NCBI GenBank assembly: GCA_016187565.1
Contig: JACPJR010000013.1
Coordinates: 8,391 to 72,390 of the forward strand
Direction of reading: 5' to 3'
DNA: 64,000 nt
Origin: Candidatus Woesearchaeota archaeon
GTDB taxonomy: Archaea > Nanobdellota > Nanobdellia > Woesearchaeales > JACPJR01
Position numbers and translations under genes: made by a program. Every line of letters begins with the position of its first letter. Within the stretch, counting starts at the first letter, position 1. A model generated the notes under the pieces. That model saw nothing but the letters and a program-made list of their open reading frames with translations. It ran no database searches and was not told the DNA's origin. This document shows positions 1 to 9,880 of this stretch, one piece after another.

Positions 1-881
1 ATCTCAGCACTCAGGCCTCTGTTTCAAATTCCAAAGCAGCTGCCTTCTATAAACAATTAGGTATCTCCCGTATTGTTCTTGCACGTGAATGTACCCTAGA
101 ACAAATTATAGCAATCAAGAAAAAAGTAAAAGTAGAGCTTGAGTGTTTTGTTCATGGTGCCATGTGCGTTTCTCTTTCAGGGAGATGTTTCATGTCACAA
201 TTTCTCTATGGAAGGTCAGCAAATAGAGGAGAATGTCTTCAACCATGTCGACGATCCTATGATGCCTGCCTGATTACTGATCAGGAAACAAAAAAAGAGT
301 TACAACTGGAAAACCATTATGTGATGAGTGCAAAAGATCTTTGTACCTTACCCTTTCTTGATAAACTGATTGCCGCTCAGATAGATGTCTTTAAAATTGA
401 AGGCAGAGGAAGAAGTCCTGAATATGTCAAAACCGTTGTTTCGTGTTATCGGGAAGCCATTGATGCCTATGCTCTGGGGAAATTTACACCACGATTGGTT
501 AACAAGTTATTAACAAAAGTAAAAACAGTATATCATCGCGAATTCTCAAATGGGTTCTATATGGGAGTTCCCATAAATGCCTTTACCAATAGCTATGGAA
601 GTAAGGCGACAACAAAAAAAGAATACATCGGAAAGGTATGCAACTATTATAAACAAAAACAAGTAGCTGATATTCTTTTAGAAAGTGGAACACTGGCAAT
701 TGGAGATTCTCTTCTCATTATTGGAGACACAACAGGGGTTGTCGAACAAAACGTAGAGTCAATCCAGATCAATAATGCTCCAACAAAAGCAGCCCAAAAA
801 GGAGAACATATTGGACTGAAAACCGCATCATTAGTTAGGGCAAGAGATAAAGTCTATAAAGTAACACGGTTGAGTGATTAA
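1..881 (+). CDS. Peptidase U32 family protein, 5'-truncated by window edge
   Basis: Frame 3 is open from the window start and reads ...ARECTLEQIIAIKKKVKVELECFVHGAMCVSLSGRCFMSQFLYGRSANRGECLQPCRR, the conserved U32 core. The ORF track only lists the part from internal Met at 162. Confidence 0.8.
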   Translation, partial: LSTQASVSNSKAAAFYKQLGISRIVLARECTLEQIIAIKKKVKVELECFVHGAMCVSLSGRCFMSQFLYGRSANRGECLQPCRRSYDACLITDQETKKELQLENHYVMSAKDLCTLPFLDKLIAAQIDVFKIEGRGRSPEYVKTVVSCYREAIDAYALGKFTPRLVNKLLTKVKTVYHREFSNGFYMGVPINAFTNSYGSKATTKKEYIGKVCNYYKQKQVADILLESGTLAIGDSLLIIGDTTGVVEQNVESIQINNAPTKAAQKGEHIGLKTASLVRARDKVYKVTRLSD

Positions 882-929
882 GGTTATATCGAAAAAAGAA
901 ATAACAAGAAATAACTATAGGAAATAACT

Positions 930-1733
930 TTATTTTTCATTTTCTGTAGCCCTTTTCATTTCTTTAATGAAATCTCCTAGGTTTGAAATCATCAATTGTT
1001 TGTTGTTAATATTTTCATTTATTAGTTCAATAATGGCAGATCCGCATAGAGCACCATCTGCTCCAGTTTCGCAGACCTTACGGACATCTTCAGGATTACT
1101 TATTCCAAAACCTACAAAAAGAGGCAAATCAGTACATTTCTTTAATTTCTGTAGAACTTCTCTGGTAACATCAGGAATACCCATTTTTTTACCAGTAACC
1201 CCAATTTTAGAAACAATATAGATGAATCCTGTAGTCTTGGTTTTTATCTGCTTAAGCCTCTCATCATCAGTAAGCTCTGAAACAATGAACACGGTTTTAA
1301 TTCCATAACTTTCAGCAGCTTTGATAATGTCATCAGATTCTTCAAGTGGCACATCTGCTATTAAAATAGTATTAACTCTGAGATCACTGCATGTTTTATA
1401 GAATATTCTTATTCCATATTGATAAACAAGATTATAATAAAGCAGGAGGCCAATGGGTAACTTTGTGAAACTCCTTATTTCATTCAGTATGCCAAAACAA
1501 GTATCTGTAGTAACCCCTTTTTTTACTGCTTTTGTATTTGCCTCTTGTAATATTGGGCCATCTGCAATAGGATCAGAAAAGGGGAATCCTAATTCAAGCA
1601 TGTCTGAACCGTTTTCTGCCATTGTCCTTATTATTTCTATAGTGGTTTCTTCATCAGGATAGCCCAGAACAGTAAACGGTATGAATGCCTTACCAGATTT
1701 TATTCCAATATTATCAGTTTTTTGCATGATCAT
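930..1733 (-). CDS. trpA: Tryptophan synthase alpha chain
   Basis: 267 aa with [14 protein letters not shown] and GFGIS motifs. Overlaps the trpB stop. Last gene of the trp operon. Confidence 0.93.
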   Translation of the reverse strand: MIMQKTDNIGIKSGKAFIPFTVLGYPDEETTIEIIRTMAENGSDMLELGFPFSDPIADGPILQEANTKAVKKGVTTDTCFGILNEIRSFTKLPIGLLLYYNLVYQYGIRIFYKTCSDLRVNTILIADVPLEESDDIIKAAESYGIKTVFIVSELTDDERLKQIKTKTTGFIYIVSKIGVTGKKMGIPDVTREVLQKLKKCTDLPLFVGFGISNPEDVRKVCETGADGALCGSAIIELINENINNKQLMISNLGDFIKEMKRATENEK

Positions 1734-2907
1734 TCACTCTATTTCTATTTCTCATTATTTGGGTGACATCTTTATCGCCCCTTCCTGAAAGATTGATGAC
1801 AATTATTTTATTATGACAGGGGTATTTTTTAAGAAAAGCTATAGCATGCGCAGATTCCAATGCAGGTAAGATTCCCTCTTCTTTGCAAAGCAAATCTACT
1901 GCTTCTAGGGCTTCCTCATCGGTTACTGATGTATATGTTGCTCTTTTTATTTCTCTAAGATAGGCGTGTTGAGGGCCAACCGCAGGATAATCCAATCCCG
2001 CTGATATCGAATGAGTATTCTCGATTTGACCATATTTATCCTGAAGAACATAAGATTTTGTCCCGTGTAAAATACCAACCCTTCCTTTTTTCGCATCTGA
2101 GAATCTAGCTGCATGTTTTCCACTTTCAATTCCTAAGCCTCCTGCTTCTACTCCTATCAACTTAACTTTTTCATCATTGATAAATGCTTGAAATATACCA
2201 ATTGCATTGCTTCCACCACCAACACAAGCAATAATAGCCGAGGGCAATTTTTTCTCAAATTCCAATATTTGTTTTTTGGTTTCCTCCCCTATTATCGACT
2301 GAAAGTGAGAGACAATAGTTGGATATGGGTGTGGGCCAAGAGCACTTCCTAACAGATAATGTGTTGTAGGGCTGTTTGCAGTGAAATCTCTAAGTGCTTC
2401 GTTAATGGCATCTTTTAGTGTTTTTGACCCAGTGTCAACAGGAATAACCTCTGCTCCACATAATTTCATCCTAAACACATTCAACTTCTGTCGCTCCATA
2501 TCTTTAGTGCCCATATAAACTTCACACTTTAATCCTAATTTTGCAGCAGCAACTGCTGTAGCAACTCCATGTTGTCCTGCGCCGGTTTCAGCAATGATTC
2601 TCTTTTTGCCCATATATTTTGCAAGAAGTGCTTGTCCAAGGGCATTGTTTATCTTATGGGCTCCTGTGTGAAGAAGATCTTCTCTTTTGAGATAGATTTT
2701 TCCTCCAGATTGCTTGCTCAATCGCTTACAAAAGGTTAATGGTGTTGGCCTTCCTGCATAATTCTTAAGAAGGAAATTAAGCTCGTCAGTAAATTTTTCA
2801 TCGTTTTTATATTTAAGAAAAGCTTCCTCTAACTCCTGTAATGCTGGTACAAGCAATTCAGAGACAAAAATTCCCCCGTAGTTTCCATAATAACCTTTTT
2901 CTATCAT
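1714..2907 (-). CDS. trpB: Tryptophan synthase beta chain
   Basis: 397 aa with the PLP-lysine motif HTGAHKINN and GGGSNAIG. Overlaps trpF and trpA. Confidence 0.96.
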   Translation of the reverse strand: MIEKGYYGNYGGIFVSELLVPALQELEEAFLKYKNDEKFTDELNFLLKNYAGRPTPLTFCKRLSKQSGGKIYLKREDLLHTGAHKINNALGQALLAKYMGKKRIIAETGAGQHGVATAVAAAKLGLKCEVYMGTKDMERQKLNVFRMKLCGAEVIPVDTGSKTLKDAINEALRDFTANSPTTHYLLGSALGPHPYPTIVSHFQSIIGEETKKQILEFEKKLPSAIIACVGGGSNAIGIFQAFINDEKVKLIGVEAGGLGIESGKHAARFSDAKKGRVGILHGTKSYVLQDKYGQIENTHSISAGLDYPAVGPQHAYLREIKRATYTSVTDEEALEAVDLLCKEEGILPALESAHAIAFLKKYPCHNKIIVINLSGRGDKDVTQIMRNRNRVNDHAKN

Positions 2908-3548
2908 TTCAATTCACCATTTATGATGCTAACTATATTCCTTATTTTGTTTTTGTCTTTTTTCCCTATACTTATTTCCACACCCGAGTTAATGTCTACT
3001 CCGAAAGGACGTAATTCTAAAAATTCTTTAACATTTGATTGGTTTATTCCACCTGCAAGTATAATCATTTTTCTTTTAAACGTCTTCATAGCTTTAATGG
3101 CAAGATGTTTATCAAGTGTAATTCCGGTTCCTCCATATTTTTCTGGATGAAAACTATCGAATAGGATATAATTGGCAGGAACACCATTGTGATCTTTGAA
3201 AGAGGACTCATCTTTTAATCTAATTACTTTTATCAACTCTTTTCCTGTTTTCTTTTTTATATTGAACTGATATGATTTCCCTTCATCGCCATGTAGCTGG
3301 ATAATATCAATGCCTGTTTTTTTGCTAATGTGAATAAGTTCTTTTTCTTGCTCATTCTGAAAAACACCAATAATTTTGATTCTTGGAAACTTTTCTTTTG
3401 TCTCATTCACTATAGTCTCTGCTTTCTGTATACCAACAAATCGAGGAGATTGAGGACAGAAGTTGATTCCTAGAAACTCTACTCCTAACCTCCCGCATAT
3501 ATATGCATCCTTAATACTTTTAATCCCACATATTTTTATCATTGTCAT
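2904..3548 (-). CDS. trpF: N-(5'-phosphoribosyl)anthranilate isomerase
   Basis: [11 protein letters not shown]...LAGGIN pattern of PRAI. The track start at 3572 is TTG. The first ATG at 3548 lies 4 nt after the trpC stop. Confidence 0.88.
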   Translation of the reverse strand: MTMIKICGIKSIKDAYICGRLGVEFLGINFCPQSPRFVGIQKAETIVNETKEKFPRIKIIGVFQNEQEKELIHISKKTGIDIIQLHGDEGKSYQFNIKKKTGKELIKVIRLKDESSFKDHNGVPANYILFDSFHPEKYGGTGITLDKHLAIKAMKTFKRKMIILAGGINQSNVKEFLELRPFGVDINSGVEISIGKKDKNKIRNIVSIINGELK

Positions 3549-3552
3549 TTTA

Positions 3553-4353
3553 TCAAACCCTAAGTTCTTCAACTTTCTTTGCGATATTGTTGGATTGTAT
3601 TATGCTTGTACCGACAAGTATGGCATCAGCTCCATCAGCTTTTATTTTAGCAGCATCATGAGAAGATTTTATTCCAGATTCACTCACCACGACTACATTT
3701 TTAGGTATTAATTTTCTCAATTTTGAAAATCTCCCTACATCAACTGAAAACGTTGCTAAATTTCTATTGTTGATTCCTATAATCTCTGCCCCTGATGATA
3801 TTGCTTTATTGATTTCTTCTTTGTTATGACATTCAACGAGACATTGCATGGTAAGCTCTTTTGCAATTCGTAAATAATCCTTAAGTTCTCGAAGAGTTAG
3901 AACAGTGGCGATTAGCAAGATAGCATCAGCTTTGTATAGCTTCGACTCGTATATCTGATAACTATCAATGATGAAATCTTTTCTTAGGAGGGGAACATTG
4001 GTGACTTCCTTAACTTCTCTGATAAAATCAAGACTTCCCTTAAAGAAGCGTCTGTCTGTTAAAACAGATATTGCATCAACGTTAGCTTTATCATATTCTT
4101 TAGCGATGAGGATATGATCAAAGTTAGCTTTTATAATTCCTATTGAAGGTGACGATTTTTTTATCTCTGCAATTATTGATATTCTTCCATTCTTCTTAAG
4201 TGCTTTTTTAAAATTTCTCATGTGAAATATTTCAGATGAAAGTTTATTTTTAATCGTGTCTAATGAAGTCTCTTTCTTTCTGGCTTGCACTTCTTTTCTC
4301 TTATGTTCCAAGATTTCATTAAGAATATTAATTTTCTTCACACAAATCACCAT
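3553..4353 (-). CDS. trpC: Indole-3-glycerol phosphate synthase
   Basis: 266 aa with IIAEIKKSSPS, LRKDFIID, IGINNRNL and VSESGI motifs. Confidence 0.92.
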   Translation of the reverse strand: MVICVKKINILNEILEHKRKEVQARKKETSLDTIKNKLSSEIFHMRNFKKALKKNGRISIIAEIKKSSPSIGIIKANFDHILIAKEYDKANVDAISVLTDRRFFKGSLDFIREVKEVTNVPLLRKDFIIDSYQIYESKLYKADAILLIATVLTLRELKDYLRIAKELTMQCLVECHNKEEINKAISSGAEIIGINNRNLATFSVDVGRFSKLRKLIPKNVVVVSESGIKSSHDAAKIKADGADAILVGTSIIQSNNIAKKVEELRV

Positions 4354-4355
4354 GA

Positions 4356-5366
4356 TTAACCACGATTATTTGTTTCTTCTATCAACGATCTGAGTTTGTG
4401 TAGTGCCTTGCCTGAATCTATGGAATCTTCAGCAATAGCTATCCCCTCTTTAATGGAATGTGACTTGCCACAGATATAAAGCGCAGCAGCTGAATTAAGG
4501 AGTACGACATCTCTTTGTTGTCCTTTCTTGCCATTGAGAATATCTAAAATGATTTTTGCATTTTCCTTTGGAGTTCCTCCTTCAATTTTTTTTAAACGTG
4601 TTTCAGAAATTTCAAAATCACCAGGAGAAATATAATATGAGATTATTTCCCCTTTATTAAGTTCAGTGATCTTAGTTTTTCCGCAGATTGTTATTTCATC
4701 AAGACCATTGCCGTGGACAACCATGGCACGTTTTATTCCTCTTTTTTTAAGAACTTCTGCTAAAGTTTCTGTAAGTTTTTCATCATAAACACCAACCATT
4801 TGATGTGTTGCCCCAGCAGGATTTATCAATGGTCCTAAAATATTGAAGACGGTTCTGATACCTATCTCTTTTCTTGGGCTAGCGATGTTTTTCATAGCTT
4901 GGTGAAATAAAGGAGCAAAAAGAAAGCCAATCCCTATGTTATCAATGCACTTTTCCACATCCTTTGGAGTAATAGCAAGATTTACACCTAAAGCTTCCAA
5001 AACATCAGCACTGCCACATTTGCTTGAAACAGAGCGGTTTCCATGCTTTACTATAGATATGCCTGCTCCTGCAACAACGAATGCAGTTGCAGTTGAAATG
5101 TTGAAGGTATTGCTATTATCCCCTCCTGTGCCACAGGTATCTAAGAGGATTTTACCTTGTAGGTGTATATTGGTAGCTTTATTTATCATAACGTTCACGA
5201 ATCCTGTAATCTCCTGAGACGTTTCGCCCTTCATTCTTAAAGCAGTGAGAAAACTACCTAGCTGAGCATCTGTTACTTTACCCTCCATTATTAAATTCAT
5301 GGCAGTTTCTGCTTCAATTTCAGCTAACGAATCAAAGTTTACCAGTTTTTCTATAATTTGCTGCAT
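4356..5366 (-). CDS. trpD: Anthranilate phosphoribosyltransferase
   Basis: 336 aa with the GTGGDNSNTFNISTA and KHGNRSVSSKCGSAD motifs. Confidence 0.95.
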   Translation of the reverse strand: MQQIIEKLVNFDSLAEIEAETAMNLIMEGKVTDAQLGSFLTALRMKGETSQEITGFVNVMINKATNIHLQGKILLDTCGTGGDNSNTFNISTATAFVVAGAGISIVKHGNRSVSSKCGSADVLEALGVNLAITPKDVEKCIDNIGIGFLFAPLFHQAMKNIASPRKEIGIRTVFNILGPLINPAGATHQMVGVYDEKLTETLAEVLKKRGIKRAMVVHGNGLDEITICGKTKITELNKGEIISYYISPGDFEISETRLKKIEGGTPKENAKIILDILNGKKGQQRDVVLLNSAAALYICGKSHSIKEGIAIAEDSIDSGKALHKLRSLIEETNNRG

Positions 5367-5367
5367 T

Positions 5368-5979
5368 TCAGTTCACCTTGATCTTCTTAATAATATTTTC
5401 AATAAGATTTTCAATTATTTTTCCGCCATGTGTTGTCATTACACTTTCGGGATGGAACTGAAGCCCTTCAAGAAATACTTCCTTATTTTTGCTTCTAATA
5501 GCCATGACAATTCCGCCTCGTGTCTGAGCAATTATTTCAAGCGATTTTGGAGTCTTTACAGCACAAAGAGAATGATATCTTGCTACTATAAACGGGTTCG
5601 GTACATTATTAAATAGCCCCTCTGAATTATGATAAACCAAAGATGTTTTTCCATGCACTACTTCAGGAGCTTTATCTACTTCTCCCCCCAAAGCTTCAAT
5701 GATAGCCTGGTGGCCTAAACATACTCCTAACATTGGAATCTTGCCCATAAATTCTTGTATTAATGGAACACAAATGCCAGCTTGTTTTGGATTTCCTGGG
5801 CCAGGGCTAAGAACAATTAAGTGCGGATCATATTCTTCAACTATTTTTTTCATTACATCTAGCGGGATGTTATTCCTATAAATCCGAACTTGGCACTTCC
5901 GCTTAGCAAATTCATCTACAAGATTATAAGTGAAAGAGTCAAAATTATCTATCACTAAAACTTTTAGATCAGATTTCAT
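5368..5979 (-). CDS. trpG: Anthranilate synthase component II (glutamine amidotransferase)
   Basis: 203 aa class-I GATase with GVCLGHQ and the FHPES triad region. Overlaps the trpE stop. Confidence 0.93.
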   Translation of the reverse strand: MKSDLKVLVIDNFDSFTYNLVDEFAKRKCQVRIYRNNIPLDVMKKIVEEYDPHLIVLSPGPGNPKQAGICVPLIQEFMGKIPMLGVCLGHQAIIEALGGEVDKAPEVVHGKTSLVYHNSEGLFNNVPNPFIVARYHSLCAVKTPKSLEIIAQTRGGIVMAIRSKNKEVFLEGLQFHPESVMTTHGGKIIENLIENIIKKIKVN

Positions 5980-7556
5980 TTTCTTTCACCTGAAATTACT
6001 TTCAAACATGCACTTGCTTTTTGTTCTGTTTCCTGAAATTCCTTTTCTGGAATTGAATCATAGACTATCCCAGCACCTACCCTGATGTACGCGGAATCTT
6101 TTTTAACAACAAGAGAGCGTATCACCAACCCAGAATCAAAATCTCCATTTGGACTAATATAAGCCACAGCCCCCCCATAGTAACCTCTCTTTGATTTCTC
6201 ATTTTTTCTTAGAATCTTCATAGCTTCAACTTTTGGGGCTCCACAAACAGTCCCCATGTTCATAGTTGCCAAGTACGCATGAAGCGCATCAAACTCTTTT
6301 TTTAAAACGCCTGAGACATTAGATACTAAGTGTTGCACATGTGAATATTTTTCTATTATTAGTGGTTGATCAACAACTCTCGTTCCAGACACAGAAATTT
6401 TTGCTATATCATTCCTTGCAAGATCAACGAGCATCATGTGCTCAGCCAACTCTTTTTTATCTGTTTTTAGTTCAACTTCGTACCTACTATCCAAATCACT
6501 GTCAATAACATTATTCTTAAACCCCCTTGGCTTAGTGCCAGCAATTGGTCTTATCTCAATTTTTTTCTCATCTCTTCCCTTTACACGGATAGCTAATTCT
6601 GGTGAAGAACCTACTAACTGATGATCTCCAAAATCAATAAAGAACATGTATGGGGAAGGATTGATTGATCTTAATCGCTCATAAACCTGTAAAGAGTTGA
6701 ATTTGCCTTGAACAATAATTGTTCTTGATGGAACTACTTGGAAAACATCTCCATTGAGGATATGCCTTTTCATTTTTTTAACAATCTTGATATAATCCTG
6801 CTTGGAGGTATCTGTAGATAGAGAATTTATTTTAGTAGTTTCAGGATTGTTTTGGTTTTTTTGCTCAGCCAGCGCATGCATATATTCTTGAATTTTGTTT
6901 AGACATCTTTCATGTATGTATTCTTCATCTTTTCCATTAATTCCTATAGCATTCGCTATAATGTGCATCTTATTCGTACGATTATCAATGATGAACAAAT
7001 TGTCAACATAATAAAAAATGTAATCGGGAACATCTAAAGGGTCATTTTTATTCTTTGGAAGCTCTTCAAATTGGTCAATGAAATCATAAGAAAAAACTCC
7101 AAATAGTCCACAATAGGGGTAATCCGGAATGCTTGTCGGAGGATAAGCAAAAGCTAATGCTCTGAGAATGTCAGTATGATTCTTCTTTTTTAATCTCTCT
7201 AATTCATCACCTGAAGATTGTTTGCTCTTTATTGAAAGCTTGCCAACTATCTTTTTATCTTTGAATTCTATCTTATCACAAAAATGTAGCATACTTTCGA
7301 TGTCTTTTAATAAGAATTCACCAAATTCATTGAGCGCTTCGATTTCAAAGGTTTCAACCTTACCGCTTATCTTTAGACAAGGATCATTAGTTCCTATTGA
7401 GAAATCTCCATAGGTGGGAATCGCTTCTTTTGATTCAAAAAGTAACGTATTTTTGTTTCTCCTCCTGAGGGCCTTAAAGTACTGAATCAAATCATCAGGT
7501 TTGTCAACGGTCTCGATAATAGGGGTCAATTGCCCTTTTGTTATTTTTGTCATCAT
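5976..7556 (-). CDS. trpE: Anthranilate synthase component I
   Basis: Chorismate-binding domain ([33 protein letters not shown]). The track start at 7565 is GTG. The first ATG at 7556 follows the upstream stop. Confidence 0.92.
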   Translation of the reverse strand: MMTKITKGQLTPIIETVDKPDDLIQYFKALRRRNKNTLLFESKEAIPTYGDFSIGTNDPCLKISGKVETFEIEALNEFGEFLLKDIESMLHFCDKIEFKDKKIVGKLSIKSKQSSGDELERLKKKNHTDILRALAFAYPPTSIPDYPYCGLFGVFSYDFIDQFEELPKNKNDPLDVPDYIFYYVDNLFIIDNRTNKMHIIANAIGINGKDEEYIHERCLNKIQEYMHALAEQKNQNNPETTKINSLSTDTSKQDYIKIVKKMKRHILNGDVFQVVPSRTIIVQGKFNSLQVYERLRSINPSPYMFFIDFGDHQLVGSSPELAIRVKGRDEKKIEIRPIAGTKPRGFKNNVIDSDLDSRYEVELKTDKKELAEHMMLVDLARNDIAKISVSGTRVVDQPLIIEKYSHVQHLVSNVSGVLKKEFDALHAYLATMNMGTVCGAPKVEAMKILRKNEKSKRGYYGGAVAYISPNGDFDSGLVIRSLVVKKDSAYIRVGAGIVYDSIPEKEFQETEQKASACLKVISGERK

Positions 7557-7561
7557 TTTAT

Positions 7562-8566
7562 TCACCTGGTGAGTTCTATTAATGGCTGGACTTCATTCAT
7601 AAGTTTGCTAAATTCTTCGATATTTAGTTGTTGATCTCCATCAGATAATGCCTTTTCTGGGCTTGTATGAGCTTCTATAATCGCTCCATCTGCACCTGCT
7701 GCTACAATTGCCTTAGTAAGCGGAATGATAAGACTTCTTTTACCGCAACCGTGAGAAGGATCTCCAATTATTGGAAGATGTGTTAACTCTTTTAAGAGAG
7801 GTATCGCATTGATATCAAAAGTATTTCTCGTGGCGGTTTCAAAAGTTCTGATTCCGCGTTCGCAGAGAATAACATTTGGATTACCTTCTGACACTATATA
7901 TTCTGCTGCCAAGAGGAATTCTTCAATAGTTGCTGCAAATCCTCTCTTTAGAATAACGGGCTTTTTGCTTTGTCCCACTTCCTTGAGTAGTTTGAAATTT
8001 TGCATATTTCTAGAACCTATTTGAATTATATCAGTGTGTTCAGAAACAAGTTTGAAATCCCGAGTATCCATTAACTCGGTAACCGTAATAAGTCCTGTCT
8101 TTTCTTTAACTTCTTTCAAAATTTTAAGCCCTTTTTCTTCAAGGCCGGTAAATGAATAAGGAGATGTCCTTGGTTTGTATGCTCCCCCACGCAGAAATTT
8201 TACACCAAGTTTTTTTAATTTTAAAGCTATTTCAAGCAACTGCTGCTTTGACTCTATTGCGCATGGACCAACAACCATAGTAAAATCTTTACTCCCAATC
8301 TTTTCGCCTTCTACTTCAATGACTGTATCTTCTGCTTTAAACTCCCTGCTAACTGCCTTATATGGCTTCAATATGGGAACTACTTTTTCAACAGAGGGTA
8401 ATGACTCTAGATTCAAGCTTCTCAGTACTCTCTCATCTCCAATGGCCCCTATTACTGTTTTCTCTGTCCCTGGTAAGTAGAGGGGTTTAAGCCCTAACTC
8501 TGAAATTTTTTTCATGATGTAATCGATCTGCTTTTTCTGAGTATCTTTTTTTAATACAATTATCAT
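7562..8566 (-). CDS. 3-deoxy-7-phosphoheptulonate (DAHP) synthase, class I-beta, with N-terminal ferredoxin/ACT-like regulatory domain
   Basis: GPCAIES, RGGAYKPRTSPYSF, GSRNMQNF and GDPSHG motifs. A roughly 70-aa N-terminal extra domain. ATG at 8566 is preceded by GGAGG. The longer track ORF adds an unsupported 22-aa extension. Confidence 0.85.
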   Translation of the reverse strand: MIIVLKKDTQKKQIDYIMKKISELGLKPLYLPGTEKTVIGAIGDERVLRSLNLESLPSVEKVVPILKPYKAVSREFKAEDTVIEVEGEKIGSKDFTMVVGPCAIESKQQLLEIALKLKKLGVKFLRGGAYKPRTSPYSFTGLEEKGLKILKEVKEKTGLITVTELMDTRDFKLVSEHTDIIQIGSRNMQNFKLLKEVGQSKKPVILKRGFAATIEEFLLAAEYIVSEGNPNVILCERGIRTFETATRNTFDINAIPLLKELTHLPIIGDPSHGCGKRSLIIPLTKAIVAAGADGAIIEAHTSPEKALSDGDQQLNIEEFSKLMNEVQPLIELTR

Positions 8567-8601
8567 TTTCAACCTCCATAATGAATGGTAGTATTGATGT
8601 A

Positions 8602-8617
8602 TCAGGCACTTGCCTGA
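8602..8617. promoter_or_regulatory. 16-bp palindrome TCAGGCA-CT-TGCCTGA in the aro/trp leader; candidate operator or 5'-UTR hairpin
   Basis: A perfect 7+7 inverted repeat 36-51 nt upstream of the DAHP synthase ATG, inside the divergent intergenic region shared with the ACT-like gene. Confidence 0.3.
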
Positions 8618-8770
8618 ATAAGAGTAAAACAACTATCGAGAACTAGTTCCAACGCCAATTCTGTTTGAATCTGGTTTTCATTGACATACGTTATTGAAAC
8701 GCTCAATGGTATATAAATATTATGTCATAAATCGGAAGATTTATAAAAAAAAGACATTTTTCTTATAAAG

Positions 8771-9412
8771 ATGTCACAAATAGAACAAAATTTTAGGCTA
8801 TTTATCGCTGAAAGGCCAGAGATAGAAAAGTGCTATCAGGAAGGACTTATTAATCGAAGATCACTGGCACGTTATCTTATAGACACAGGAATAGCAAAAA
8901 AATCTCAACTTGAAGCAGTAATTGCAATGCTTCGAAGATTCCCGTTCCAGCAAAAAAGGTTGACTAAGAAAAGTCTTCTTGCTGATATGAGGATGGGTGT
9001 AAAAGACCATATTCTCATTCTTGACTTTGAAAAAGATAAGGAGTTACTGCAAAAATTACAGAATCTTATCTCACATATTAATTATGACAAAGGTGACACT
9101 TTTAAAGTAGTGGTAGGCTCTTCTTGCATTAAGGTTTTTATTGACGAAAAGAAAGAGAAAGAATTGAAAACCTTTTTTGATAGATTTGTATTAAATAATC
9201 GCTATGTTGGAATTTCAGAGCTTAGCCTGATTTTTTCAAGTGATTATTCTAACCAGAAAGGTATTGTTGCTTCAATAACCACAGAACTTGCATTACATGA
9301 TATCTCTCTCGTAGAAATGTTAACTGCCACTCCAGAACTTTTAATCTATGTGAAAGATATTGATGCAATTAAATCCTATGAGATATTAAAGCGCTTTCAA
9401 AACAAAAAGTAA
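8771..9412 (+). CDS. Hypothetical protein with C-terminal ACT-like domain; candidate regulator divergent from the aro/trp operon
   Basis: 213 aa ATG ORF. The C-terminal segment GIVASITTELALHDISLVEMLTATPELLIYV resembles an ACT small-molecule binding fold. Its position is divergent from the trp operon. Confidence 0.55.
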   Translation: MSQIEQNFRLFIAERPEIEKCYQEGLINRRSLARYLIDTGIAKKSQLEAVIAMLRRFPFQQKRLTKKSLLADMRMGVKDHILILDFEKDKELLQKLQNLISHINYDKGDTFKVVVGSSCIKVFIDEKKEKELKTFFDRFVLNNRYVGISELSLIFSSDYSNQKGIVASITTELALHDISLVEMLTATPELLIYVKDIDAIKSYEILKRFQNKK

Positions 9413-9481
9413 AAATTTAAAACCGCAATTGGAGTAGTGGATTTTCTATAATAACGCTCTATTACTGTAAAAGAACGAACA

Positions 9482-9838
9482 CTAAAACTCTTCAAATTCC
9501 TCGAGTTTCTTAAGGTACCCTTTTTTGCGCAAAAAGTCTATCTGGGATGAACGATACTTAAAGATAACGTCTCCTTTTTCTTCGCCACTGAATTCCCACG
9601 GTTCAACAAGAACAAGATCTCCTTCTCTAACCCATAATTTTCGTTTCAGTCTTCCTGGAATACGACAAACCCGTATTTTTCCATCAAGGCAACGAACTCT
9701 ATTACGAGATCCTCCGAGACGTTGTTCAAGAATGCCAAGACTTTGGTTATCTCGAGGCAATTTAACCCTTCGGATCTCTTCCTCAATGCGTTCCTGCTCT
9801 GTCTGCGTACCTTTCTTTGGATTCATATGTGGGTTCAT
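9482..9838 (-). CDS. eif1a: Translation initiation factor aIF-1A
   Basis: S1/OB-fold signature: GILEQRLGGSRNRVRCLDGKIRVCRIPGRLKRKLWVREGDLVLVEPW. Confidence 0.93.
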   Translation of the reverse strand: MNPHMNPKKGTQTEQERIEEEIRRVKLPRDNQSLGILEQRLGGSRNRVRCLDGKIRVCRIPGRLKRKLWVREGDLVLVEPWEFSGEEKGDVIFKYRSSQIDFLRKKGYLKKLEEFEEF

Positions 9839-9880
9839 AGTGAGAGGAAGAACACTCGCTTTTAAATATGTTTCGTATTT

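Noticed and set aside
898-928. Triple direct repeat GAAATAAC between the convergent U32 and trpA genes
   Set aside because: Short 8-mers in AT-rich spacer. This is plausibly chance or part of bidirectional termination, and there is no further structure.
967-8480. Many 60-105 aa plus-strand ORFs antisense to trp/aro genes
   Set aside because: All are embedded in strongly supported minus-strand enzymes. They have low-complexity hydrophobic translations and no independent signals.
9446-9464. CTATAATA...CTCTATTA resembling the ends of the double-hairpin repeat at the edge of the AT-rich trp block
   Set aside because: Only 8-nt matches in AT-rich DNA. This is insufficient to call a degenerate element copy without a genome-wide alignment.
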